This document shows, piece by piece, positions 1-9,454 of a stretch of DNA of 64,000 bases. Made by a program: the position numbers and the translations under genes. Under the pieces are notes generated by a model. It was not told the DNA's origin. It made no database searches and was given only the letters and a program-made list of their open reading frames with translations. Each line of letters starts with the position of its first letter. Position 1 is the first letter of the stretch. The DNA is from a virus, in IMG/VR virus record IMGVR_UViG_3300035698_016806, positions 1 to 64,000 of that record. The stretch is one strand, 5' to 3'.

Positions 1-904
1 AAGCTAATATTAATCCTGCTTTGCCGGAATCAAAAAAATTCTTTTCAAAATGCTCAAGCATGTAGGCAATTTCAATTCCCCCATTATTCAATAGTACAGA
101 TGCAAGGTAACCAGCTATTGGTCTACGGGCTGATTCCCCATCACCTTTAAATTCTTTAAGAAGTTTTTTTACTTTAACCCATCTTGTCTTTGTAGGCATA
201 TTCATATTTGAAAGAACCCTACAGATTTCTATAACTTCAGATTCCCCTGTACCTGCTGACTTGAGTGTGTTCATGGCTCTATCAACACTATCCATGTCAA
301 TTACCATATCTAACAGCTTTAATGCTATCCCTGCGGAGCCATCAGATAGCTCAATAATTTTTTCTCGAACCTCTGTAGTAATTGCATCATCTCTTTTTTC
401 TGCCTTTAATACCATTGTCATTAATTTATGCAAATCAGCATCTTTCAATGATTCTAATTCATATGTGTGGCATCTTCTTTTTATTGTTTGTTTTAATGCT
501 TCTGGGTTTGTTGTGCAGAGAATCCAATGCATGTGTAAAGGAGGTTCTTCAAGGGCTTTTAATAATGCCTCTTGAGAATCTTTCCGTACTTGGTGAAATT
601 CATCAAGTAAAGTTACTTTCTTTTTCCCATAAGGAGTAAATTTCATATCCGAAATAAGTTTACGCATTCCATCTAATTTTCTATCATCGGCGGAATTCAA
701 CTCCTTGTAATCAATTTTTTTGCATCCTAATTGTCTTGCAACTATTCTGCCCAGAGTTGTTTTACCGCACCCTCCTGGTCCAGTGAATAAAAAAGCACTT
801 GGGGGATTTTCTCTTTTAAGTAATGTTTTTAAGCTTGTTATAACATCTTTATTTCCAACGAATGTTTTAAGTGATTTTGGGCGATACGATTGCTGCAAAC
901 TCAT
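1..904 (-). CDS. Clamp-loader AAA+ ATPase (DNA pol III gamma/tau, DnaX-like), 3' end outside the window
   Basis: Not in the ORF track. Hand translation from ATG 904: MSLQQSYRPKSLKTFVGN...FTGPGGCGKTT (Walker A)...LLDEFH (Walker B)...ALLKALEEPP...ILCTT...RRC, all DnaX/RFC-type motifs. Confidence 0.9.
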   Translation of the reverse strand, partial: MSLQQSYRPKSLKTFVGNKDVITSLKTLLKRENPPSAFLFTGPGGCGKTTLGRIVARQLGCKKIDYKELNSADDRKLDGMRKLISDMKFTPYGKKKVTLLDEFHQVRKDSQEALLKALEEPPLHMHWILCTTNPEALKQTIKRRCHTYELESLKDADLHKLMTMVLKAEKRDDAITTEVREKIIELSDGSAGIALKLLDMVIDMDSVDRAMNTLKSAGTGESEVIEICRVLSNMNMPTKTRWVKVKKLLKEFKGDGESARRPIAGYLASVLLNNGGIEIAYMLEHFEKNFFDSGKAGLILA

Positions 905-1425
905 AATATTTCCCCATGATGCTTTGAATATCCGTATTTTTTTAAAGAGTTTGCTCTTAATTTTGCAGCTTTTAAAATATCTTTTGAATATCCGATAATT
1001 AACATTTTCCCGTCTACTTGATGAATGTAGGCTCTCCATTTACGCATATTTTTACACCAGCCAACGCCAGTGAAACCTGAAGTATTAGATGATATTAAAC
1101 GTCTATTTTTTGAATTTTCAGCATGGGTTTTCAATTCAAGATTATTTAGTCTATTGTTTTTTGTATTCCCATCAAGATGATCTACTTGCTTATCAATATG
1201 TAATCTACCAATAAACATCTTATAAACTATTCTATGGACATAACAATCTTGTTTATAAATACGTACTGTGCAATATTTTGATTTATTATTAATACCAATT
1301 GGAACCCCTAATTTTATAGCTGGGTTTATTTTCTTTTTCCAATATAAATATCCTGTATCGGGAGCATAAGAAAATAAATCAAATAATTTCTTTTTGTTTG
1401 TGTATTGTTTCGCTTGAAGACTCAA
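901..1425 (-). CDS. Free-standing HNH homing endonuclease with C-terminal AP2-like domain
   Basis: YVHRIVY...VDHLDGNTKNNRLNNL HNH motif, followed by NTSGFTGVGW...KWRAYI; TTG start with GGAGGTG RBS. Confidence 0.9.
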   Translation of the reverse strand: MSLQAKQYTNKKKLFDLFSYAPDTGYLYWKKKINPAIKLGVPIGINNKSKYCTVRIYKQDCYVHRIVYKMFIGRLHIDKQVDHLDGNTKNNRLNNLELKTHAENSKNRRLISSNTSGFTGVGWCKNMRKWRAYIHQVDGKMLIIGYSKDILKAAKLRANSLKKYGYSKHHGEIL

Positions 1426-1685
1426 GAAACACCTCCATCATTCTTTTTATATTCGGGACAAGTCTCAGCTTCTTTTTGTGGTGCTGTACATGTAATTGAA
1501 AATTCATCACAAAACCCTCTGTCTTGATTTTCACAATCATTTGATGGAGCATCTTTTTTTGATTGCCAGTCAAGAAGGATATTACCAATGAATCTTGAGC
1601 GAGAAACCCCAATCTCATCAGCTTCCTTTTGTAGTAAATTTACTAACTGCTCTGGAATGGTTATTGAAATTGTTTTGCTTACCAT
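1422..1685 (-). CDS. Ribbon-helix-helix (CopG/Arc-like) regulator with Cys-rich tail
   Basis: KTISITIPEQLVNLLQKEADEIGVSRSRFI fits the RHH pattern; C-terminal Cys cluster. Confidence 0.7.
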   Translation of the reverse strand: MVSKTISITIPEQLVNLLQKEADEIGVSRSRFIGNILLDWQSKKDAPSNDCENQDRGFCDEFSITCTAPQKEAETCPEYKKNDGGVS

Positions 1686-1730
1686 CGAATCACCTATTTT
1701 TAAATTTGTTATATTTCTTATTTATATTTC

Positions 1731-1759
1731 ATTATATTTCTTATCTCTCACAATGTCAA
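1731..1759 (-). promoter_or_regulatory. sigma70-type promoter
   Basis: TTGACA-17 bp-TATAAT, perfect consensus on the minus strand, upstream of ORF 1685. Confidence 0.8.
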
Positions 1760-1839
1760 TAAAAAGTTATTAATTTCTTCAGAAGAACTTAATTGTCAGA
1801 ATTAATATTAGTTTTTATGTCCCATTCTTTAATTACCTC

Positions 1840-4800
1840 CTATAGTTGTTTAATTTGATCCATTGACATTTCTGCCATCTCGGCAAAATTACCTCCATCT
1901 TCTTTTAATTCTGATAACTCAGTTTCAATTTCCATTGGAACAACTAACCATTCAAATCTATTCTGCAAGTCAGAAACTATATTGGAAACACCTTCAACAT
2001 AAAATTCAGTTTCATCTTTGTGAATGTCGGAAAGTACACTATCATGTACCTGGCCAATTAACTTTGTTCTCAGCTTGTTCTTACGAATGAATTTTGCAAT
2101 CTCATTCAAAGTGAATAATAATAAATGGAATGATGAGCCTTGAATTGGGTAGTTGGTGCATTGCTTTCTATCCATGTACCCCTGAAACCTGAAACCGAAA
2201 TAAGTTTCAATGAATCCATATCGCTGATAAAACTCAATAGTATCCTTTTTCCATTGAGTATAATCAGGAAATCTTTCATTCCACATTTTATCTTCTATGT
2301 TTTTACAATGCTCAAGAAAAGACCCCTCTGAAGGCTCATATTTTTCCATTACTCCGAGTTCATAAATTCCTTTACTTTCAAGATGATCTTTTACAGAAAC
2401 CCCATTAGGGAATTCAAGTCCTCCTTCAACAACAATTTCCCATAATTTAGGAGCGCATGAACCAAACCAATCCCCATAGAACTGTGCAAATGTCCAATTA
2501 TTCTTGGTAAAGAATCTTAATTCTTTTATTTTCTTTTTCTGGGCTTTAGAATATTTAGAATTATTTTTATCCATCATATCAAAAGAAGCCATAAATATTT
2601 CTATTGCCAGGTCCCGATGCATATCTCCAAGAGTAATATCATGAATAAATGTTTTATCCATATGATATGAATTTTTTATAATTACCCCTGCTGACACAGC
2701 AAAATTATGCGCTCCTTTCACATTGATATTATAAACATCCTCATGCCCATGAAACTCTATTGAAACAATTTTATGATTATATTCTCTTTTATATTCAGCA
2801 AGTGTCATGTCATGCGCACTTTTTAAATGTGTGTTTGTCACATTTTTAAACATTTTTCCACAAACTTTGCATTCTTGATCTACTTTTTTATTTTTCCAAT
2901 ATTCTTTTTTACTGTCTGAAAGTTTTTTCACTTGGCTTTTGGGCAAAGTTCTACCTGACATACGTATAGATAGTGCTCTTTTTTGTTCATCAGTTTGTTT
3001 ATTTCCCCGTTGTGGGCATGAAACTCCTTTTATTGCTTTACTTATTTTTTCTTTATGTTCCTTAGATAATGGCCTTCTACGCTTGCCTTTATGATGCAAT
3101 GATACATGATCACTAATTGACATTATTTCGAGATTTCTTAAATCATTGTTTAATCTATTTTCATCTTTATGATGCATTACATTTCCTGAATCTTTCCCAA
3201 CTTCTTTTTTAAATACATCAATACCAATTAGAGTATGTTCCCCTATTGATTTTCTATTGTTTAAATTAATATGCCAATAGCCATTCTTTTCTTTTTTATA
3301 GAAGGGCATTAAACTCATGCCAATTTTTAAATTTTGCAATTCAACGTATTTACCTTCTGCCTTACTTCCATGTCGAATCATAAAATTATGTTCTTTCGTT
3401 GCTTTAATACATTTTCCATTATCAAGGGTTACTTTCCATACTTCTTGCTTTTCCCCAGTAATACCACCCTCTGTAACTTGTGCAATTTTTATTCTTTTTT
3501 CTATTAAATCATACCCATAAACAAAAACATTTTCAGTTTTTATTCTTTTAATTATCTGCTTAATTGATTTAGATCCCTCAATAGTTTCAATTTTTGTATC
3601 CCCTGTTACACACGCACTCGTTACAATTTCTGCCCCAGAGAAATCTTGTTCTGCAAGTCTACAATTTTTAGAAGGAACAATACCCTTTCTAATTAATGCT
3701 TTAATAATTGCATCTCTGTTGGGAATATTTTGAAAATTAGGGGCGCTCGAACTGGAACGATAGGAAATCGGAATATGAAGGTCAAAAAAGGGATGGATGA
3801 TTCCGTTTACTTCTTCCCTGATAAACTGCGCAAGATAAGTTCCTTTGCATTTTTCTAATTTCTTTATTTCTATCAGTTTATCAACAAAAGGAAGATTTAA
3901 AGTTTCCAGCGTGGGCTTGTCTGTTTTGTAATTCCCGTTAGCAGTTAATACAGGTGATTTCCCCAACACTTCATAAAAGAGTTTTCCTAAATCAGCATTT
4001 GAAGCAATGTTTATTTCCCTGTTGTATGTTTCCTTGAATTTTCTGGCCTCTCTACCTTCAATCAGTGATTTATTCAGTCCTTTCATTTTTATATTCAGAT
4101 CTTTTTCAGATTGTTCATAATATTCCATATCAATAGGAATTCCATTGTTTTGGATTGTCCCCATAGTATGAAGGCCACGCATGAATAACTTATATGCTTT
4201 AAATCTGTTTTTTAATCTTGGTAGAACCATTGATTGATCTTTGTATCTCATCATTGTGAAAATACAATCTAACCCATTGTATATCAATAACTCCCTGAAT
4301 GGGGCTTTTTCGATTGTATTAAATTCCTCATTCTTTGACTTCAAAAAGGGAGCTATCACATTATCATACGGACGAACACCGTAATTTACGAAGGCTTGAA
4401 ATTTTAGTCCTGTAGAAGCTCGGCGATTATCTAAAATATGTTCAGCCATCATTGTGTCCCAGTGCCACCTTGTTGCCCTTGTTCCGACATGAACTTTTGA
4501 CCAAGAATCTTCAAACTTCCAATTCTGAACTACTTTTTTAATATCATTGTCACGGAGAATTCTTTTCCATAATAATTTAATAGTTTCAAATTCTACATTA
4601 GTCCAGAATGATTTATAATTGAACGGAAATGCATATGCTTTTTCGGTAGATACAGCAATTCCAATAGTTGAAAGTTTATGTCCTTCCCTATATGGCTTCA
4701 GCCCTGTTGTTTCATAATCAAATGCTATTGTAGGCTTTTTATTCAAGATTCGTTTTAAGAGCGATTTAACAGCTTTGAAATCAGTAAGTATAGTGACGTA

Positions 4801-6444
4801 CTGCTCATAGTCATTAAAAGCTTCATACGTTCGTTTCAGACAGTGAGAAACACGTTTCATATCTTTGACAAACGTACATTTTAGATTTTTGTCTTTTTCT
4901 TTATCAACTATGAGTTTTGGATGATACAATGGGACAATGAAACAACCAAACTTTTGATCCGGGATTTCGTATGCTCTCCATCTTGCTACTTCTCTATTTG
5001 AAAAATCTTCCCCGAATAGAGAAGTATTTGCAAGACTACCGAGAGTTATGATTAATTTTGGCTTTAATGTTCTGATTGCTTTTTCTACGTGGGGGTAACA
5101 GCACTTTATTTCTTTATGTGTTGGAATTCTGCCATTAGGTGGTCTGCAATTATGGGATACTATACCACCTGCAATAAACGAGTGGTCTTCCTCAACTTCC
5201 AAACAATATAGATATTCCTGTCTTTTTTGTGTATATATTTCTATATGTTCAATTTTTGTTGTTGTGAATACATATTCCCCTGAGTGATTTTTTAAAATTC
5301 GTTTCAATTCTTCTATTGGATTTTCTGAGGATATAAAAACTATGTCATGCCCATTTTTAATTGCTATTTTAGTTCGTTCATCATATCTTATTTTTTTTGC
5401 TTTTTTACCGTGGTAAAAACTTTTGGGGTTTTCTATTTCTACAAGAAGATTGTGATCTTTGATAAAATAATCAAAATTTAGCACACCTATTGAATACTGA
5501 TGTATAAAATTAATTTCCTCTTTAATTAACCAATTACCAAGAACAAATTCTCCAGATCCAACTATTATTCCTGTATATAAAGAATTTATTCTTTCTCGTG
5601 ACTGTGCATTTTTTTCATAGCAAGAAGTTTTTGATTCTTTTGTTCTTTTATCCTCTGAACAAAATACCCCTTCTTGCACTAATTGTTTCATTTTTTTATT
5701 GGCTTCTTTCGTTATTGTTTTCTTGTCTCTTACTCCATTTTTATATTGTGCCTTCATGAACATTGATGTTGCTTTATTATAACATTTTTGACAGCATGTT
5801 GACATTGTGCCATCATAAACTCTGGGATTTTTATTGTATATTTTTCCACATATTATACAAGTTTCCCCAAGCACAGATATATTATCATTCGTTTTTAAAT
5901 TTATTGCGGAAATCCATTTTTTACCGTTATAAAATTTATGGTCTTGTGTAACAGTGTACGATTTAAATTTTGTTTTTATACGTACAAGTTTCTCTTTATT
6001 CATTCTAATATTTTTGGGAAGATCATGTATTCTTGACAATACTCTTCTGAATCTGCCCTTATGAGTTAAAACTAAATCACCTACACTAACATCTGATATA
6101 TATTTATACCCTTTAGAAGTGTAAACTGATATTTTAGGGTTTATAAAACAACTTACTGCATTCATTTTCCAACAATCTTTATTCAGTGATATTTTGTGTA
6201 CTTTAAGTTCATCACCGAGAAGTTTACCAGGATCACCCATTAATGATGCTCCATAAAGATCTTCTTCCTCACTTGGATAGTCAGATATTATAAGAATGCC
6301 CTTTCTACCTTCCCCCGTAAACTTGATTTTTGGATTCATGCAAGTAGATTGTAACTTACATTTACCACATTCAGGCTCAAGTTGGTACACATCTATGACT
6401 TTAGATGCTGACTTTATAATTTCCCCTTGAGTAAAGAACCCCAT
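1840..6444 (-). CDS. polA: Family A DNA polymerase with N-terminal family-4 (FeS) uracil-DNA glycosylase domain and 3'-5' exonuclease; contains two inteins (~886 aa after splicing)
   Basis: UDG: CGKCKL...NAVS/CRPP...LYHP. Exo: FDYETTGL. Pol: RSSSSAPNFQNIP, DFSGAE (motif A), NYPIQG, QVHDSV (motif C). Confidence 0.93.
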   Translation of the reverse strand: MGFFTQGEIIKSASKVIDVYQLEPECGKCKLQSTCMNPKIKFTGEGRKGILIISDYPSEEEDLYGASLMGDPGKLLGDELKVHKISLNKDCWKMNAVSCFINPKISVYTSKGYKYISDVSVGDLVLTHKGRFRRVLSRIHDLPKNIRMNKEKLVRIKTKFKSYTVTQDHKFYNGKKWISAINLKTNDNISVLGETCIICGKIYNKNPRVYDGTMSTCCQKCYNKATSMFMKAQYKNGVRDKKTITKEANKKMKQLVQEGVFCSEDKRTKESKTSCYEKNAQSRERINSLYTGIIVGSGEFVLGNWLIKEEINFIHQYSIGVLNFDYFIKDHNLLVEIENPKSFYHGKKAKKIRYDERTKIAIKNGHDIVFISSENPIEELKRILKNHSGEYVFTTTKIEHIEIYTQKRQEYLYCLEVEEDHSFIAGGIVSHNCRPPNGRIPTHKEIKCCYPHVEKAIRTLKPKLIITLGSLANTSLFGEDFSNREVARWRAYEIPDQKFGCFIVPLYHPKLIVDKEKDKNLKCTFVKDMKRVSHCLKRTYEAFNDYEQYVTILTDFKAVKSLLKRILNKKPTIAFDYETTGLKPYREGHKLSTIGIAVSTEKAYAFPFNYKSFWTNVEFETIKLLWKRILRDNDIKKVVQNWKFEDSWSKVHVGTRATRWHWDTMMAEHILDNRRASTGLKFQAFVNYGVRPYDNVIAPFLKSKNEEFNTIEKAPFRELLIYNGLDCIFTMMRYKDQSMVLPRLKNRFKAYKLFMRGLHTMGTIQNNGIPIDMEYYEQSEKDLNIKMKGLNKSLIEGREARKFKETYNREINIASNADLGKLFYEVLGKSPVLTANGNYKTDKPTLETLNLPFVDKLIEIKKLEKCKGTYLAQFIREEVNGIIHPFFDLHIPISYRSSSSAPNFQNIPNRDAIIKALIRKGIVPSKNCRLAEQDFSGAEIVTSACVTGDTKIETIEGSKSIKQIIKRIKTENVFVYGYDLIEKRIKIAQVTEGGITGEKQEVWKVTLDNGKCIKATKEHNFMIRHGSKAEGKYVELQNLKIGMSLMPFYKKEKNGYWHINLNNRKSIGEHTLIGIDVFKKEVGKDSGNVMHHKDENRLNNDLRNLEIMSISDHVSLHHKGKRRRPLSKEHKEKISKAIKGVSCPQRGNKQTDEQKRALSIRMSGRTLPKSQVKKLSDSKKEYWKNKKVDQECKVCGKMFKNVTNTHLKSAHDMTLAEYKREYNHKIVSIEFHGHEDVYNINVKGAHNFAVSAGVIIKNSYHMDKTFIHDITLGDMHRDLAIEIFMASFDMMDKNNSKYSKAQKKKIKELRFFTKNNWTFAQFYGDWFGSCAPKLWEIVVEGGLEFPNGVSVKDHLESKGIYELGVMEKYEPSEGSFLEHCKNIEDKMWNERFPDYTQWKKDTIEFYQRYGFIETYFGFRFQGYMDRKQCTNYPIQGSSFHLLLFTLNEIAKFIRKNKLRTKLIGQVHDSVLSDIHKDETEFYVEGVSNIVSDLQNRFEWLVVPMEIETELSELKEDGGNFAEMAEMSMDQIKQL
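2671..3612 (-). mobile_element. Intein 2 (314 aa) just after polymerase motif A, with HNH and NUMOD3-like repeats
   Basis: Starts CVTGDT; ATKEHNF; ends VYNINVKGAHNFAVSAGVIIKN followed by Ser. Internal HHKDENRLNNDLRNL and PLSKEHKEKISK. Confidence 0.9.
5149..6150 (-). mobile_element. Intein 1 (334 aa) in the UDG domain, with a Vsr/DUF559-like endonuclease
   Basis: Starts CFINPK; block B TVTQDHKF; ends YCLEVEEDHSFIAGGIVSHN followed by Cys. Internal QYSIG...FDYFI...LLVEIE. Confidence 0.9.
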
Positions 6445-6452
6445 AAAACTCC

Positions 6453-7448
6453 TTATCCATATAATGTTGTGAGTAGTGAAAAGTTTTCTGTTTTTAACTT
6501 TGCTTTATCTTTTCCAAGAATAATTGTAGAGCTGTGTCTCATCATCTCTTTAAGAAATTCAGGATTTATTGTGAATTCAATGTCTTTTCCATCATATTTT
6601 ATTTTTGATCTGTGTGTAACAGTGCCACCGTCTGATTTTATAGATAATAACGTACTGTTATTTGATATTTTAAATTTAATGGCAGGATCGGAATCATCTA
6701 CTAAAACTGATGTTAAATCAATTCCTTCAAGAACTCCTTTGGAAAGCTCTACTTTTTCACCTTCAAATTCAAAGAACTGCAAGAAATCTGGATACTCCCC
6801 AGATACTTTTCTAATTGAAAATATACATCCTTCCTCATTTTTAAAATGTAACCAAGAATTTGAAATTGCGTATTCAGTTGGGTTTGTATTTATCAAACTC
6901 TGTACTTCTGAGGCTTTAATAAACATTTCATCCATGTCTGATTTGAGAATTGAGTGAGAAATTCTGGCATTGTCGGAGGATATGCAATTTTTACCGTTTA
7001 CATAAATACAAGTTAAAGTACCGTCTGAATCTTGTTTTGATGCTGTGTACACACAAACTTTAACACTTTCACTGAAATTTTCTGAAAGTGGTTTCCATTT
7101 TGCTTTTTCTATTAACGTTGATATCTCGTCAATTCTGATTTTGATCTCGGAATCATTTATTGTGGATAGTTTTGCTTTCATAGTTTTGCAAGAAATATTT
7201 AACTTTCCATCTTTCTCCACAAGATCAATATCTTTAGTCGTTATTTTTGAAACCAGATTGTATAAATCTTGGGCTTTTACAAATAATGCAAAATCTGTTT
7301 GTAATTGGTGCTGAATTGATATTTTATCATTATAGGTAATGATGTTTGTTCCAGAAAAATAAAAATATGTCATACTTTCAATTATATTTTTTGCGGCAAT
7401 TCCTGGTTTTACTTTGTTCAATACGCTCAGTAGTTCTTTTGTTTTCAT
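6453..7448 (-). CDS. DNA sliding clamp (beta-clamp-like)
   Basis: 331 aa with clamp-like segments (LTCIYV...SSDNARI, GEYPDF, INPEFLKE); adjacent to the polymerase and near the clamp loader. Confidence 0.75.
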   Translation of the reverse strand: MKTKELLSVLNKVKPGIAAKNIIESMTYFYFSGTNIITYNDKISIQHQLQTDFALFVKAQDLYNLVSKITTKDIDLVEKDGKLNISCKTMKAKLSTINDSEIKIRIDEISTLIEKAKWKPLSENFSESVKVCVYTASKQDSDGTLTCIYVNGKNCISSDNARISHSILKSDMDEMFIKASEVQSLINTNPTEYAISNSWLHFKNEEGCIFSIRKVSGEYPDFLQFFEFEGEKVELSKGVLEGIDLTSVLVDDSDPAIKFKISNNSTLLSIKSDGGTVTHRSKIKYDGKDIEFTINPEFLKEMMRHSSTIILGKDKAKLKTENFSLLTTLYG

Positions 7449-7450
7449 CT

Positions 7451-8572
7451 TTACACCCCATTATTTTTATATGTGTCTATATCTTTTTTTTCCAATTTAT
7501 GATTTTTAATTCCATCATCTGACTGGATATAATCCTCAAAAGAAATCTTTGAATTTATACCCCGCATTAACCAATAATGTCTAAATGCACGACCTAATTG
7601 CAATGTCCAATGTTTCCCAACAAAAAGATCCTTGGTACTCAGACTATTTAATGGTCTATAATATTGGGGATATGGGCGAATTTTTAAGTCGCTGCATGTT
7701 CTTGCTCTGTAATACGAATCTTGTGGCTTATCATTAAAATTAAATAAAACATAAGCCATCATATTACTTGGAGGTACTCCAGCATCTATAAGCATTTTAG
7801 CAGCATCTTGAAAAATACCATCTTCCTCAATTCTATCAAACGCTATTCTCATGCCATTTCGTATAAATTTAAGTTCAGCTAATCTTTTTGCTTTTTCTTT
7901 GGTAATATACTTTACATCAAATCCATTTTCAAAAAGCACTTTTTTATTATGCTCAAGAGTAAAATCAATAACTTCATATAAATGTTTAATTGGTGCTGCT
8001 GATAAATTGTTATCAAATATCATTAGATTTGGTTTTGATAGATCAACTACTTTTTTCCAATGTTTATTAATCCATAAACCTTTTTCTATTCTTGGTACCG
8101 GGCAATATTTGCAAAAATTGACGCATCCCCTGGTGGTAAACACGTAAGAAAATGTATCCCATGGATCTTCAATGTTCCACATAATTTCAGGATCAGGAGT
8201 ACATAAGTCCAAACGTTTTGAATACCCCGAAAATAAGTATGTATTTTCAAAATCTTTAAAAGCTTTTGGCATTAATGAAGAAAAGACCCCTCCAAATAGA
8301 ATGGGTGTATTTTGATTGAAAAACCCACGTTGTTTTGGAATTTTTAATACAGGGTCAGAATAATAGGTAAATAAAGTTGTTACACATATTAAATCATATT
8401 TTTTTGGTAATATATGATCTGAAAAATCAACTTCTTTCCCGGCATCCTTCAAATATGTTTTTATTTTAGCAAGTCCAAGTGGAGGATATTTTTTTCTATA
8501 ATTAGGTTCTATGAGTAATACATTTTTTGCAGCATCAAACATTTCAAAAACTTTTTCTTCAGTAATAATCAT
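7451..8572 (-). CDS. Radical SAM enzyme with N-terminal cobalamin-binding-like domain
   Basis: TRGCVNFCKYC (CxxxCxxC); N-terminal VLLIEP...YPPLGLAKI; DNNL; start chosen by ATGA overlap and RBS. Confidence 0.85.
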   Translation of the reverse strand: MIITEEKVFEMFDAAKNVLLIEPNYRKKYPPLGLAKIKTYLKDAGKEVDFSDHILPKKYDLICVTTLFTYYSDPVLKIPKQRGFFNQNTPILFGGVFSSLMPKAFKDFENTYLFSGYSKRLDLCTPDPEIMWNIEDPWDTFSYVFTTRGCVNFCKYCPVPRIEKGLWINKHWKKVVDLSKPNLMIFDNNLSAAPIKHLYEVIDFTLEHNKKVLFENGFDVKYITKEKAKRLAELKFIRNGMRIAFDRIEEDGIFQDAAKMLIDAGVPPSNMMAYVLFNFNDKPQDSYYRARTCSDLKIRPYPQYYRPLNSLSTKDLFVGKHWTLQLGRAFRHYWLMRGINSKISFEDYIQSDDGIKNHKLEKKDIDTYKNNGV

Positions 8573-9393
8573 AATATATCCTCTAATAGCCATAATTTTA
8601 ATAAAGAATAAACACAAAGAGGAACTTGTCCATTACCTATAGCATGAATTCTTTCTTTTTGATATTTAACTGATTTAATCGGCTTAGGTTTTTTTAAATT
8701 ATTAATAGTCCATTTTGGAAGTACAATTTTCTTTAATGGTTTTAAGGATGTCCAGTTTATAGGCCACCCCATTAAAAATTCAAATATAATTGGATTTGTG
8801 CTTAATTGATTTCGTAATAAAGTTTTTGCTGATTCAATATCGTAGATATCTGTAAATTTTTTGATATTTGTTTCATCTTTAGACCCACCCCTAAAACCAT
8901 TAGTAGAATTAATTGTCGGGGTTACTGTTTCTCTCTCCAAAAATCCATAGTCTATTCCTTTTATGGAGTGCTCCCACATCTTTTGCTGATAAAGTACTCC
9001 ATCTAATATTATACCCGAGTTTGGACAAATCTCCGAATATGGAATAGATGTAGGGAAAAGAGAGCAAGTTCGGTACGTTTTCAAAAATGAAAAATCTTGG
9101 TTGAATGATGCGAATGGTCTCTTTCGTTGCTGGCCACATATCTCTTTCATCGTCTTCAGCTTTACGTAGTCCCGCAGAACTATATGGTTGACAAGGTGGT
9201 CCTCCTGTGATGATATCAACCATTCCCTTATATGCTTTGGCGTAACCTTGTTTGTTAAATTCTTGGATATCCCCAAAGATTGGGCATTTATCAAGCAATC
9301 CGTCCTCTTGTCTTTGTTGCAAGATCTTTTGACAGTATGCATCCCATTCCACCATTCCAATTGTTTTGATATCAAGAAAAAGGGAGGTGCCAA
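8569..9393 (-). CDS. C5-cytosine methyltransferase small (beta-like) subunit in an overlapping frame, carrying motifs IX and X; true start uncertain
   Basis: NPIIFEFLMGWPINWT (motif IX-like) and RIHAIGNGQVP (motif X); overlaps 8909..9454 in another frame. Confidence 0.75.
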   Translation of the reverse strand: MAPPFFLISKQLEWWNGMHTVKRSCNKDKRTDCLINAQSLGISKNLTNKVTPKHIREWLISSQEDHLVNHIVLRDYVKLKTMKEICGQQRKRPFASFNQDFSFLKTYRTCSLFPTSIPYSEICPNSGIILDGVLYQQKMWEHSIKGIDYGFLERETVTPTINSTNGFRGGSKDETNIKKFTDIYDIESAKTLLRNQLSTNPIIFEFLMGWPINWTSLKPLKKIVLPKWTINNLKKPKPIKSVKYQKERIHAIGNGQVPLCVYSLLKLWLLEDIL

Positions 9394-9454
9394 TTAAGCC
9401 ACCTCCCACTCCAGAAAATAAACTTAATTCTCTAAGCTTCAACTTCTTTGTCAT
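8909..9454 (-). CDS. C5-cytosine methyltransferase catalytic (alpha-like) subunit, motifs I-VIII
   Basis: LSLFSGVGG (I), GGPPCQPYS (IV), FENVPNL (VI), HKRNRLWI (VIII); stops before motifs IX/X. Confidence 0.9.
   Translation of the reverse strand: MTKKLKLRELSLFSGVGGGLIGTSLFLDIKTIGMVEWDAYCQKILQQRQEDGLLDKCPIFGDIQEFNKQGYAKAYKGMVDIITGGPPCQPYSSAGLRKAEDDERDMWPATKETIRIIQPRFFIFENVPNLLSFPYIYSIFGDLSKLGYNIRWSTLSAKDVGALHKRNRLWIFGERNSNPDN

Noticed and set aside
8569-9454. C5 MTase as a simple frameshifted pseudogene
   Set aside because: Not preferred: the second frame is open for hundreds of nt across the first and supplies exactly the missing motifs, matching known two-frame MTases. Not fully excluded.
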